A DNA stretch of 64,000 bases from Lama glama (taxonomy: Eukaryota), in the NCBI GenBank assembly GCA_028534125.1, contig CM052816.1, forward strand, positions 88,910,001 to 88,974,000, written 5' to 3'. The notes under the pieces were generated by a model. That model saw nothing but the letters and a program-made list of their open reading frames with translations, had not been told where the DNA came from and searched no databases. The translations under genes were made by a program, and so were the position numbers. Position 1 is the first letter of the stretch, and the number at the start of each line of letters is the position of its first letter. Shown here one piece after another: positions 26,790 to 39,410 of this stretch.

Positions 26790-27410
26790 ACATTCCTTCA
26801 CATTTTTAATTCTAACTGGGGCTTGAGTAAACCATTCCATTACGTCCTCCAATAATTTATTCCTTTCTCTCTTGTTTTGTTAGGTCTAACTTCTCTCTCC
26901 ATAGTATTTTTATCTTTATGTAGACAAATCAATTTCATATTTTATCATCAGTTTGGTGTCTTTTAATGAGAAGTTACATTGGATTCAGAAAAACAGTAAT
27001 AGACGAGCAAACCGAAATGCTTTAATATTCATTTATTTCATTTCTAATTTTCTGTTTCCTTGATCTTTGTATCCATTCTCCCTTCAAGTGCGCAGTTCGT
27101 ATCAGATAACTGTATTGTTTGAGAGAAACAGGGACTCTGTGATCAGTGAGTTTTGTCTAATTGATCTTTCTTGGTTGCCACCATGCTTTTCCCTTCTGAG
27201 AACCTACTAATCTTCTCGTTACACAAAGCAAGGCTCTTGGTTCCATTCTCTGCTGCTGTCACATCACAGGATTGAAATTGTGCTCTCACCTTCATTGAGC
27301 ATGACCATTCCATGGTCTGAATCTCTGAATAATACTCTATTAATAACATTTAAACTAACTTCTTTTAGAGATCATCGAATTAGTCACTTCAAAAATTGGT
27401 AGTTAGATAT
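26790..27410 (-). pseudogene. Relic large exon (3' boundary approximate)
   Basis: Contains ORF 27143..27349 and continues DKTH*SQSPCFSQTIQLSDTNCALEGRMDTKIKETEN*. Purine-rich minus strand, not a recognisable repeat. Confidence 0.4.
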
Positions 27411-27583
27411 CTATATTATGTATTTATTATTCTGGTAAACATTATCACATTTTAGAGATAAACATTGTAGAAGTCCATACACTTTATAAACATGGAAATA
27501 GTATATTTATAGCTGCATTTTATTAAAAAATAAATTACTCAAGAAATAGGCTCACATTTTCCGATCTGCTACCTGGTTTAGAA

Positions 27584-28045
27584 CTACACTGTCCAGCAGG
27601 ATGGCACATAGCATAGTAGGCAGAGGTGTCTGCTGAACACTTGAAATGTTGTTAGTGCAACTGAGAAACTGAATTTTTAACTTTATTTAATTGAAATTAA
27701 TTTAAATTTTAATACATAAACTGAAGTAATGCAAAATATTTTTCCTTTCTGTTAAACTGTGTTACTGGGACTACATTTCACTTTAACTGTTGAAAATTTA
27801 GCGTTCAAATCAAAATGTGCTGTAAATTTAAAATGTACATGGATTTTTGAATCCTTGGTATGAAAAACAGAAGACAAACACTCTCATGAATAATTTTTAC
27901 TGCCTATATGTTGATGCGGTAATGCTTTGGATATAACTGTGCAAATAAAATGTAATGTCACAATTAATTTTACCTGTTTTATAGTGTGGTTACTAGAAAA
28001 TTTAAAATTACAAATGTGACGTGCATTATCTTTTTTCTGTCTGGT
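27584..28045. mobile_element. MER33/MER3-like hAT-Charlie DNA transposon
   Basis: cacttgaaatgt...ctgagaaactgaatttttaac...ctagaaaatttaaaattaca. Confidence 0.8.
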
Positions 28046-28155
28046 AGAAACCATTAATATTAAAGAAAACATTGATACGCCATCTCCCAGCCCACCTCAG
28101 TGGAACTCCTCAGGGCTACACAGTTATATGAAACAATTAATTTTCTGAAAATTAT

Positions 28156-28415
28156 CTTTTGGTCCTTTCTCTACTAGTAATTTAGTCAAAAAATCAAAAT
28201 TCTTCCATCAAATAAAAATACTACAATAAAAAATGTTCTTGTAATGCAGGTTTAGTCTTTCCCTCTTTATATGCCTGAATAATAATTGAAACTTGATGAA
28301 CATGGGCTAAGAAAATCTCATTGTCAGCTAGTGTCCAGCTTTGGAAGCACAGGCATCCCCCAGACATGGCGGTTGGATAACTTTTTAGTTCAAGCAGCAC
28401 ATGGACCATTTTTAA
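28156..28415 (-). pseudogene. Relic exon, end of the ankyrin region
   Basis: atctttcattcctag|LKMVHVLLELKSYPTAMSGGCLCFQSWTLADNEIFLAHVHQVSIIIQAYKEGKTKPALQEHFLL*. Phase 0 joins GLHIATQ to LKMVHVLLE, an ankyrin helix pair. Donor apparently mutated (aag|ataatt). Confidence 0.65.
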
Positions 28416-29033
28416 CTAGGAATGAAAGATAATTGTGTTTAGATGGTCACAGAAATGTTAGAGACATATATGTACAAGTGTTTCACAGTATATCTTCATT
28501 CAAATCTACTGTAAACCGTAAAGCTATAATGTGGTATTGCTGTAAATGGAAAGTAGGAAAAGTTATACTCAAGTTTGAAATTATTTTCACATAAATTATG
28601 GAGGCTCTATATTCATTTTTTTTAGAAAATTCACTGCATCTCAGTGATGTTTAATGAATTCATAAGGTAAAGCAATCCATTAGGTATTTTCCATTTTAAT
28701 ATTTTTGTGGATTAAATAATTAACATCATGGATCCCATGGCTTTTACTACAAATTCTCAGTGAGACAATAACATTTCTGGATTAATATCTTCACATGAAT
28801 CAGAATTTATTACGATTTATTTTTGCAAGTAGTAAGTTCTTTAAGTAATTATCACTGAGACAAACTTTAAGAATCATGCAGAAAGCAGTATTTTAATTTT
28901 CATATGCATTACCATACATTTTATTTCACCTTAAAACATGGAAAATTTAATAGCTTTGCTAAATATGCCACAAATCTAAATTGTAAATTGATAGATTGAA
29001 ACATTAGTATAGCATATGATATTTAATTTTTAC

Positions 29034-29261
29034 CTGGGTTGCAATGTGTAAGCCTGAACACTCCGAGTCTCAGGATTAACAAGTCAGTTACTTACTGTTA
29101 TGTTAAATCAACGTATTACTGCGTTAGGAAGTTAGTAAAATTGAAATGCAACACTTAAGGGCTCATCTGTATACCTGGGGCTAGACACCCTTCAGTTGTA
29201 AGGCCCTTTCATTAATATATGCTGTGCCACAGCTACCTCATTTTAATTTATGCACGTTCTT
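29034..29261 (-). pseudogene. Relic ankyrin-repeat exon
   Basis: atgtttcag| ... cag|gtaaaa. Reads NEVAVAQHILMKGPYN*RVSSPRYTDEPLSVAFQF...(fs)...DSECSGLHIATQ, ending in phase 0. Confidence 0.55.
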
Positions 29262-29528
29262 CTGAAACATGTCACTAGTTTTACAAATGAATCACTGAGC
29301 AGGTCAAAGATGGGACTTATCAAATTTGCCTACTGAAAAGGCGTTCGGTTTTAGGAGTGTACAGATCATAAGTTGTGCAACGACTACCATGCCAAACTGT
29401 ATACTGCAGTATTATTTTCTACTCTTATGAGATTAGTTTTTCTATGGTAAATATAAGTATTACATCTCTCTTCAATGAACCTTGTCATTGTGGTTTTGAA
29501 AACGAAATAGATTGATGAGAGTCAGTTG

Positions 29529-29529
<1 letters not shown>

Positions 29530-29589
<60 letters not shown>

Positions 29590-29604
29590 ATATATATATA
29601 TATA
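29530..29604. repeat. (TA)n microsatellite with a (TG) interruption
   Basis: Direct observation. Confidence 0.97.
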
Positions 29605-30389
29605 GATTGATGGTCTCAATTGTATGTAACAGTGGCACTTTTATTTGGAGCCTAAATATATTGTGTTTTGACTGTTCATTACCATGATAATAATTAATTG
29701 TTTTTGTTACTCCCTGTCCTTGAAAATTGATGCTGTTCTGCCTCATTGCAGAGCTTTGAAAAGATAGTCATTATAAATGAAACCACTTCACATTCAAGGG
29801 AGATTAGCTATAAAATATGGCTCAGTGATAGAAAGTTTATAAATTCCAGTTTGTTCCTATTGTAAATAGGGAGAGGAAAGCTATCAGAAATCCTGAGTTT
29901 CTTGTGAAATTATTATCCGTGATGGATTTAACAGTACTTGCTCTCCTACAGTGTAAACCAGATTTTAAATAATGCAAAGCTCTGTGAATTAATAGAAAGT
30001 GATTAAATCTGTGAAACTTGATGGTGGAAACTCATCAGGTCATTATACTTGACAACAGGATGTTAAGCATGAAATATAAATAATAATAATTGGTTACAAT
30101 CATATTTTTTGCTTCATGCACTTACAGAGCCCCTTTATGTGTCTGAATTTGTCTAATTATTTCCTATGTATTAATTCATTCATATCCAATAGCAATTCTT
30201 TGATGTAGAAACTTTAAGAATTTCCATTTGTAGATAAAACCACAAGATAAATGCAGACACTCTGGTTCCAAAGTCTGTGTTTCTAACAACACATCATGAT
30301 TTAGGTTCTGTCTGCAGTATGAGAGTGTGTTGATCATAAGTGAGACTGAATCGTATGTAGTATTCTGGCAAGAGTGGACAGTCCTCACA

Positions 30390-30501
30390 TATACTTTCAT
30401 TTGTGTCTATGGCCGTCCCTAGTGGCTGCAACTGAGACCATGCCCCACAAAACCAAAATGATCACCTGGTCCTTTGCAGAAGAAAAGTTTGCTGACTCCC
30501 A
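30390..30501. mobile_element. MER58-like hAT-Charlie fragment
   Basis: gagaccatgccccacaaaaccaaaat...ctggtcctttgcagaagaaaagtttgctgactccc terminal motif. Confidence 0.75.
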
Positions 30502-30884
30502 GATTGGAGAGTTCAAATTAAGAACAATTAAGCCTTTAACTGCAAAAGAAATGCACAGCCTCTGAGACACCGAAGCATGTAATGCATGAGGAAGGTTTCT
30601 GCATTTTTTAAACACTGAAGCATGGTGGTAGTAGTAGGCATGCCCTGGAAAGTAGACAGTTTAGAATTTTTATTTTCTCTATAAATAAGAAATAATTATT
30701 GGGAAAACTATGGTTTTCAGTAACGTTGAAAACGTCAAAGTGAAAGTCAGGAAGATTTAAATAAGTGTCTTTGGCTAGTATATTATGTATTATTCGTTCA
30801 TAAGGTCAAATGATTGAAAACAAATTGAATATAACATATAGGAGATTGATTATATGAAGTAAGTTATGTCCAAAAATGAAATCT

Positions 30885-31384
30885 NNNNNNNNNNNNNNNN
30901 NNNNNNNNNNNNNNNNNNNNNNNNNNNNNNNNNNNNNNNNNNNNNNNNNNNNNNNNNNNNNNNNNNNNNNNNNNNNNNNNNNNNNNNNNNNNNNNNNNNN
31001 NNNNNNNNNNNNNNNNNNNNNNNNNNNNNNNNNNNNNNNNNNNNNNNNNNNNNNNNNNNNNNNNNNNNNNNNNNNNNNNNNNNNNNNNNNNNNNNNNNNN
31101 NNNNNNNNNNNNNNNNNNNNNNNNNNNNNNNNNNNNNNNNNNNNNNNNNNNNNNNNNNNNNNNNNNNNNNNNNNNNNNNNNNNNNNNNNNNNNNNNNNNN
31201 NNNNNNNNNNNNNNNNNNNNNNNNNNNNNNNNNNNNNNNNNNNNNNNNNNNNNNNNNNNNNNNNNNNNNNNNNNNNNNNNNNNNNNNNNNNNNNNNNNNN
31301 NNNNNNNNNNNNNNNNNNNNNNNNNNNNNNNNNNNNNNNNNNNNNNNNNNNNNNNNNNNNNNNNNNNNNNNNNNNNNNNNNNNN
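30885..31384. other. Assembly gap (500 N)
   Basis: Run of N. Confidence 1.
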
Positions 31385-32000
31385 TCTATAATTAACGAGT
31401 ATAAAGGAGGAACCTACACCAAGAAAATAATTAGTTCAGAGTGACCTCTTGTAACTAAAATACTGTACTAAATATATCTTCCCAACTTTTGCTTGAAACC
31501 AGATTTATAACCAAATGTAGTTTGGACAGAGTCAAGCAAAAGTAAATAATTTGCAGGCTCATGTACATGAATTATTGTGTATGATGGGGATGAAAGTTTC
31601 ACATTTAATTGTGAGGGTTTTTTCCAGTACTCTGTCCAAATTCTATCAGCAAGTATTAAAATATTGAAACATGACAGGTAGCTGCTGCTTTCTTGTGGAG
31701 CAAACTACATTACTCTAAGGAGGGAACTGACCACTTTAGAAAGAGCCAGATTTTGTCTTTTTTCTACATGGTCTGACATTTTAAGCACAATGACACCAAA
31801 GATGTGAAATAACATCTAAAGGACACAATGTGTGTGCTAATTTAGGACATCAGGGAAGGGCTGTTCATTTTTTCTTTTTCTCATTTTTAATTAATTTGAT
31901 TTAAAAGAAAACCAAGTCCACCCCAAAACAAATGAACCAGACAAGTAGCATGACAGGACCAAAATCCCAACTTCATTCAATTTTTTGAAATCAGAGTTAC

Positions 32001-32142
32001 CTGTTAACTTTCATAAGACTGCATCCCCGAAGTAACTGAAATGAGACATGGTAACTTATTGATATGAAAAAACAAAATAGTCTCTGAAAGATGTGCACGT
32101 CCATGATTCTCTTTAATGTTTATATTTCCCCTATCATCTAAT
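32001..32142 (-). pseudogene. Relic ankyrin-repeat exon
   Basis: actttag| ... cag|gtaact. Reads LDDRGNINIKENHGRAHLSETILFFHINKLPCLI/(+1 fs)QLLRGCSLMKVN, matching LxxGAxINxKDxxGxTPLxxA. Removing one base gives a symmetrical 141-nt exon. Confidence 0.7.
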
Positions 32143-32321
32143 CTAAAGTTACCGATACATTGACATATTAACATTTTTATTCATGTCACATACGGAGTTC
32201 TAGCTTTCATCTTTACAAGGTAGTGCTTTCTATTTATTATATCCCAACTTTAAACTCACAATCCTAACTAAATGTACATATTTCTGTTTATGATTTGGGG
32301 GTTATACTAATGAACAATCTT

Positions 32322-32397
32322 TTTTTCATTGTAGTATAGTCAGTTTACAATGTTGCATCAGTTTCTGGTGTACAGCATAATGTTTCAGTCACATATG

Positions 32398-32428
<31 letters not shown>

Positions 32429-35400
32429 TCGCTTTCATGTTCTTTTTCATTATAGGTTATGTTACTATAAGATATTGAATATAGTTCCCTGTGCTGTACA
32501 GTAGAAACAGCAAGTTTATCTATTTTACGTGTAATAGTGAGTATCTTCAAAACTTGAACTCCCAGTTTATGCCATACCAATCCCTTTCCACCCTGGTAAC
32601 CATCAGTCTGTTTTCTATGAGCCTGTTTCTGTTTTGTAGATAAGTTCATTTGTCTTTTTTTTTTTTTTTTGTACTCCACAGATAAGTGATATCGTATGGT
32701 ATTTTTCTTTCTCCTTCTGGCTTACTTCATTTAAAATGATGATTTCCAGGTACATCCATGTTGCTGCAAATGGCATTTTTATTCCTTTTTTATGGCCGAG
32801 TACTATTCCATTGTGTATATATAAATAACTTCTTCATCCAGTCAACTGTTGATGAATGTTTAGGTTGTTTCCATGAGTGGGCTATTGTAAATAGTGCTGC
32901 TATAATCACTGGGGTGCATATATCTTTTTGAATTAGAGCTCCCTCCAGATATATTACCAGGAGTGGAATTGCTGGATCATAGGGTAAGTCTATTTTTAGT
33001 TTTTTGAGGAATCTCCATACTGTTTTCCATAATGACTGCATGAGACTATATTCCCACTAACAGTGTAGGAGGGTTCCCTTTTCTCCACAGCCTCTCCAGC
33101 ATTTATCGTTTATGGACTTTTGAGTGATGGCCATCCTGCTTGGTATGAAGTGATACCTCGTTGTACTTTTGATTTGCATTTCTCTGATAATTAGTGATAT
33201 AGAGCATTTTTTCTTGTGCCTGTTAGCCATTTGTATGTCTTCACTGGAGAATGGCTTGTTTAGGTCTTCTGCCAATTTTTGGATTAAGTTGTTGGTTTGT
33301 TTTTGTTTGTTTGTTAAGTTGTATGATCTATTTGTATATTCTGGAAATTAAGCTGTTGCCAGTCTTATTATTTGAAAATATTTTTTTCCCATTTTGTAGG
33401 TTGTCTTTTTGTTCAGTCTAGGCTTCCTTTGCTATGCAAAAGCTTATAAGTTTAACTAGGTCCCATTTGTTTATTTTTGCTTTTATTTCTATTGGCTGGG
33501 TAGACTGCCTTAGAACATTGCTAACGTTTATGTCAGAAAAGATTTTGCCTATGTTTTCTTCTAGGACGTTTATAGTGTCTCTCTTATATTTAAGACTTTA
33601 AGCCATTCTGAGTTTATTTTTGTGAATGGTGTGAGGGAGTGTTCTAACTCATTGATTTCCACGTGACTGTCCAACTTTCCCAACACCACTAGCTGAAGAG
33701 ACTGTCTTTTCTCCATTGTATAGTCTTGCCTCATTTGTCGAAGGTTAAGTGACTATAAGTGTGTGGGTTTATTTCTGGGCTCTCTATTCTGTTCCATTGA
33801 TCTACATGTCTGTTGTTGTTCCAATACTACGCTGTTTTGATTACTGTAGCTCTGTAGTGTTTATTGTCTAAAACCTGGGAAGGTTATTCTGCCAGCTTCG
33901 TTCGTTTTCTTCAGTATTGCTTTGGCAATTTGGGGTTTTGTGTGTGTGTGATTCCATGTAAATTTTAGGACTATTTGTTCTAGTTCTGTGAAAAATGTCC
34001 TGGGTAATTTGACAGGGATTGCATTAAATCTATAGACTGCTTTGGGTAGTATGGTCATTTTAACAATATTAATTCTTCCAGTCTAAGAGCATGGGGTATC
34101 ATTCCATTGCTTTAAGTCATCTTTAATTTCCTTAATTATTGTTTTGTAGTTCTCAGTGTATAAATCTTTCACCAACTTGGTTAAGTTTATTCCTAAGTAT
34201 TTTGTTGTTTTTGATGTAATTTTGAAAGTGAGTGTTTCTTTACTACTTGATAGAATGAGTTCGGGAGTATTCCTTCCTCTTCAATCTTTTGGAAGAGTTT
34301 GAGAACGATAGGTATGAGTTCTTTCTATGTTTGTGGAACTCCCCAGTGAAGCCACCTGGTCCCGGACTTTCTTTGCAGGGAAGTTTTTTATTGCTGATTC
34401 TAGTTCTCTTGCTATGATCAGTCTGTTCAAATGATCCATTTCTTGTTTTAGTTTTGGTGGACTGCTTGTTTCTAGAAACTTTTCCATTTCTCCTATGTTA
34501 TCCAATTAGTTTCCATATAGTTGTTCATAGTATTCTGTTATGGTTTTTTTGTATTTCTGTGGTGTTGGTTGTAATTTCTCCATTTTCATTTCTTTTTTTG
34601 TTTTTTCATGTCCTCTCTCTTCTTGGTGAGCCTGTCCAGAGGCTTGTTGATTTTGTTTATTCTTTCAAAACCCAGGTCTTGGTTTGAATGACCTTTTTTC
34701 TTTTTTTTTAAATCTCAATTTTATTTATTGCCTCCCTGACCTTTATTATTTCTTTCTTTCTGCTGACTTCAAGTTTTCTTTGTTCTTCTTTTTAAAAATT
34801 CTTTTAGGTGGCAGTTTAAATTGATTATTTGAGATTGTTCTCGCTTTCTGAGGAAGGCCTGTGTCACTCCGAACTTCCCTTGTAGGGCTGCCTTTGATGC
34901 ATCCCATAGATTTTTTTGTTGTGTTTTCATTACCAGTTTTCTCAATTTCTTCTTTGATTTCATTGTTGACTCCCCTTTTTTTGGTAGCTTGTTGTTTTGT
35001 CTCCACACAGTCATTTATTTTCCTTGTTTTTCTTTCTGTGGTTGATTTCTAGTCTCATGCCATTGTGGCAGAAAAGATGTTTGAAATAATTTCTATTCTC
35101 TTAAATTTGTTGAGGCTTCTTTTGTGTCTGAGAATGTGGTCCATCCTCCAGAATGTGCACTTAAAAAGAATGTATATTCTGTTTTGGGGGAGGTATAATG
35201 TACTGAAAATATCAACTAAGTCTAACTGTTCTATTGTATCATTTAGTATCTCCATTGCCTTTTTGATTTTCTGTCTGGAAGATCTGTTCATTGATGTTAC
35301 TGGGGTGTTAAATATCTTACTATTATTGTGTTCCCATTAATTTCTCCCTTTTTGTCTGTTAGTATTTGTTTTATATAGTTAGGTGCTTCTGTACTGGGTG

Positions 35401-35975
35401 CAAATATAGTAATGAGTATAATATCCTCTTCTTGTATTGCTCCTTTTATCCTTACATGGTGTCCTTCTTTATCTTTCTTTATGGCCTTTGTTTTATAGCC
35501 TGTTTTGTCTGTCATGAGTATTACTACCCCAATTTCTTGTCATTTCCATTTGTATAAAACAACTTTTTCCATCCTCTCACTTTTGATTTATGTGTATCCA
35601 TCACTCTAAAGTGGGTCTCTTGCAGGCAGCATATTATAGGCTCTTGTTTTACTATCCATTCTGTTACTTTATGTCTTCTGATATGAGCATTTAGTCCATT
35701 GATAATTATAGTAATGATTAATAGATGTGTGTTTGTTGCCATTTTAAACTTTGTTTTCCATTTCATTTTGTATTTCTTCTTTGTTCCTTGCTTTTTTCTT
35801 TTTTTGTTTATCCTTTTGCTTTTTGTTATTTTTCTTTTACATTAGCTTGAGTTTTTTTTTTTTTTTGATTTATTTTTGTGACTCTATTGTATGCTTTTGA
35901 TTTATGGTTACCCTGTTTGTCAAGTATGTTAACCCATTTCTGAATCTATTTCTTTAGACTGGTAATCATATAGGG
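32322..35975 (-). mobile_element. 3.6-kb L1 (ORF2 endonuclease to 3'UTR) with internal deletion
   Basis: ORF fragments IINGLNAHIRR...CCLQETHF (endonuclease), [17 protein letters not shown] and [13 protein letters not shown]. Degenerate TSD ctaatg..c.atctt at 32307-32321 and 35976-35990. RT core is missing at ~34245. Confidence 0.95.
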
Positions 35976-36571
35976 CTAATGTGCCATCTTAATAACGTTT
36001 CTTTAATCCATCTCATTGGTAACTTATCTGTGACATAAACTAAAGTAAAACTTAAATGTTGGAGCCATATAAAGGGACTAAGCACAGACAAATAGAGAGC
36101 ACCAAGTGCATTCACTGATGCCCATATTCTTTATTTGTAGAAAGAGAAGTTAAGCTCTTACACAATGTCAATTAATATTCATTTTAGGCATAGCTTTGAT
36201 GACCATATTTATTTATTACAAACCAAAGTGAAAATGAAGAATGTTAAACTAGTAATGCTGAAATCTCAATAGAAAGAAAGAGGTAAAAAAAAAAAAAAGC
36301 TCCATAATCATAGTGAAAGAAAAAAGGAAGAAAGGAAAACAGAAAAGAAGGAAGGGAGAGAAGGAGAGAAAGAAAGGAAGATTTTCAAGATAATTGTTCC
36401 ATGTGAATTTGTTTCTTTCAAAGTGTTTGCAGTTTGATTCAATAGATTAAATTGTAAGGTCTTGCCTATTTTATTCATTGTTTTATACCCAGAACCCATC
36501 ACATTATTGAATCATAGTCTATATTTAGGTAATATTTTTGAATAAATTAAAAATGTATCAATTTTACAAAC

Positions 36572-36729
36572 CTTTTAGGAATGTAGTAACAGAGGCCCAT
36601 GCCAATTTCCACGTTACAGCAAAGCAACCATCCTGCCTTCTTGTTCCACCACGTGGTTGGTGACCTAGAGCTCAGTGCAGAATACTTTCTTATGTAGTGT
36701 GTCTCCACTGTAATCTTACACTGTCTAGA
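36572..36729 (-). pseudogene. Relic exon, start of the ankyrin-like region
   Basis: Long pyrimidine tract ending ccttttgaaccag|, donor aag|gtttgt. One frame has DYSGDTLH (compare ankyrin DxxGxTPLH). Frameshifted. Confidence 0.45.
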
Positions 36730-37394
36730 CTGGTTCAAAAGGAAAAAAAGGAAAACATTAAGAGTAATTATTTTAATTTATATCCAGCAAGGATATAAAA
36801 TAAAGGAGGAAATTATGGTCTATGGGATGAAAAACTAACAAATTTTTTGCCTCAGGAAATTGATGTGAAAGACACAGTCTCTAGTGGAAGCCAGAGTGAT
36901 TGTTTATAAAGAATGTTCGCGGACAGACATAGATCAAAGCACCGGGGAGCTCTTTGATATACTATTGCTGTTTGTCTTTAATAGTCTCTAATGTGTTACA
37001 AACAATTTTTTATTTTACTTCCTAAGTAATGTTAGTCTAGCAGAGTAATGAAAGTATGGAAAACCTTTAGCTTCCTCCTTTCAGTTGTCAGATTTATTGC
37101 CTGTCCTATCTAAACAGCCTGAGATTAATCCTGACCATCCCCCATGAGGTAAATGAACGCAGATCTAACAATAAGTGTTATAGTCCCCAGAGCGTAGGTT
37201 TGGAAACTGCAAAGGAGAAAGTTTAAATGAGTTTTATCAAGCAGGCATAAACAGGATTGTGTTGGATTATAAGGGCAGAAAAACTGAGACAAAGGAAATT
37301 CAGAAAAGCTAAGAAGGAGGGTGAGGATAAGCCCTGTGTATACACTGATACTTATCTATACAATTAACGATACTACAAAGGGAGACATTTGACC

Positions 37395-37495
37395 TTTACT
37401 GTCCAATATGGTAGCCACAAGCCTCCTATAGCTACTTAAATTGAAATTAATTCAATTAAGCAAAATTAAAAATTAAGTTCCTCAGTCACATGAGT
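37395..37495. mobile_element. MER3-like fragment
   Basis: ctgtccaatatggtagccac...aaaattaagttcctcagtcaca. Confidence 0.75.
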
Positions 37496-38098
37496 TACAT
37501 GGCTAGTGTTCCATGCTCCAAAAAAAGTTACTTGGCTAGTGTTCCATGATCAAAAAAAATTCTAAATTAGTTTAAATCCAAGAAGTCAACTTCAAACTTA
37601 ATGCTACTTAATAAATTTACTCTGTTTTAGGACATTTAATGAAGTAAAAGAATCCGTGTGTAAAGTGAATTCAGTTCTTATCTCAGATGAACACACTGTC
37701 ATCAGTTTTGCTTTGGGTACATTTTTATATTAGTTGACATTGTTATTATCATTATTACTGTTATACTATTATTTGTGAAGGAATATTCAGATGTTTATTT
37801 TTCATGCCATTCCCTCTTTTCCCTGGCGGTTGACATGTTCAGTTTGACAACATCTGGATTGGTGATTCTTGGTTCTGAAAAGACTTGTTTATATTGAATT
37901 TGTCTAAAGAGTGTTGGAAGGAAAGTAAGAAAAATAACTTAAGAGTAGTCTTTAGTGATTCTGCCATAGACTAAATGAAAAGTTTCAGCCATTGGGGTTC
38001 TTTGTAAAATACCAGGGAGTTCCTTAGAATAAATTCAAGTCCTAAGATGTCTTCAAATCTATTCTCTTCCAGAACTCGCACTACAGAGACTTACCTAC

Positions 38099-38251
38099 CT
38101 TGGATAGAGGGGGAACTCCAACAATAACTGTTAGCCTCACTGAATTCTGACTAATCATTTTATTCACTCAATAGACATTTACCACTTTCCAAAAGCCACC
38201 TCTGAAAAATCTCATTCAACATTGACTCTACTTTGTCTCTTCTTGGAGTAT
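38099..38251 (-). pseudogene. Candidate relic exon (153 nt)
   Basis: ttctgcag| ... caag|gtaggtaagt. Reads TPRRDKVESMLNEIFQRWLLESGKCLLSE*ND*SEFSEANSYCWSSPSIQ. Confidence 0.4.
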
Positions 38252-38749
38252 CTGCAGAACTGAGTTTGAGCTGGATGTAATGATGTAGGGGACACAGGTT
38301 ACAAAACAGACAGATCCTGGTTTTAATTCATTCCCTGCCATTTATCTGCAGAATGGTAGAGGAGATTTGCCTTTCCAGACCCCAGCATCCTTGTGCATGA
38401 AAGCATTTAACACACCACGCGGCACATGTTGAGTGCATACTGACTGTGTGGGTTGGGGACTAGGTTAGTGCCATAGAAATGCATCTGCTCTGTCTTTGTC
38501 ATATTGTCTGATATATCTGATTAAATTGCTTGAATTTGCAAGTAGTTATTTATTTGCACCTTGGCTGGTTTAAAAAGATTTTTATGAAAGTACTAATTAG
38601 AGCTCACAGTATCTTCTCAGGGTATATATTTAGGGCTATTTAAATGCTTTTAAGTAGATAAGACAGATCTTTAATATACCACCAATGTAATATACCACCA
38701 ATGAAGCATTCAATCAGATATTGAGTGTGATAACCCTAAATGTCGATAT

Positions 38750-39410
38750 TGATTCATTCATTTATGATAAATTTATTAAGCACCTACTACATGCAAAGGA
38801 CAATCAGACAGAACAGTTCTTGGCTTGATGCAGCTAGCAATTTTTTTTTTTTTTTGCAAAGGAGACTGAAATTGGACAGTTGAGTATACAATTAATGCTT
38901 TGATTACAAATGTGAAAAAGGCTGAAAATTGAAAGTGATGAGGTTCTAAATTCACAGACCTAGTGAAATATAACCTCACTCTGAGACACAGAGAATGGTT
39001 GTTTGAGGGAGTGGCATATAATTTGAGAAGATAAGGTTGAGCCAGATGTAAAGTATACAAAGGTGGTATTGGAAGTTTTGGTACAGTGATGTGGGTGACA
39101 ACTGGGATCTGTAAAACATTCCAAACTGGGGGAAAAGAGGGTGGAAAGGCCTTGAGGTGCAAAGGAGCGTGCCATATTTAAGATCTAAGGAAGGCTACCA
39201 TCTTAAGTGAGGGAGCAGAGTTAGGGCTTTTGAAGTAAGCCAGGCCTAGCTGTAGAGTCTGACAGGTGACGTGTATTTTAGATTCTATCTTGACAGCAAA
39301 GGGAAGCTACTAAATTATTATTCTAACAGGAGAGTCATAATCTATATGAATTTCTAAAATATCACTTTGAATGAGTTTAGGAAAATAGACTGAAGAATGA
39401 CAAAAATCAA
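38750..39410 (-). mobile_element. L2 LINE fragment
   Basis: ttcattca...tttattaagcacctactacatgc and a purine-rich body. Confidence 0.7.

Noticed and set aside
30866..31444. 192-aa and 171-aa ORFs
   Set aside because: Artefacts of translating through the N gap.
28156..32142. Naming the relic as IQANK1, ANKAR or ANKUB1
   Set aside because: Only generic ankyrin similarity. The flanking exon peptides do not match those proteins as I recall them, so no symbol is given.
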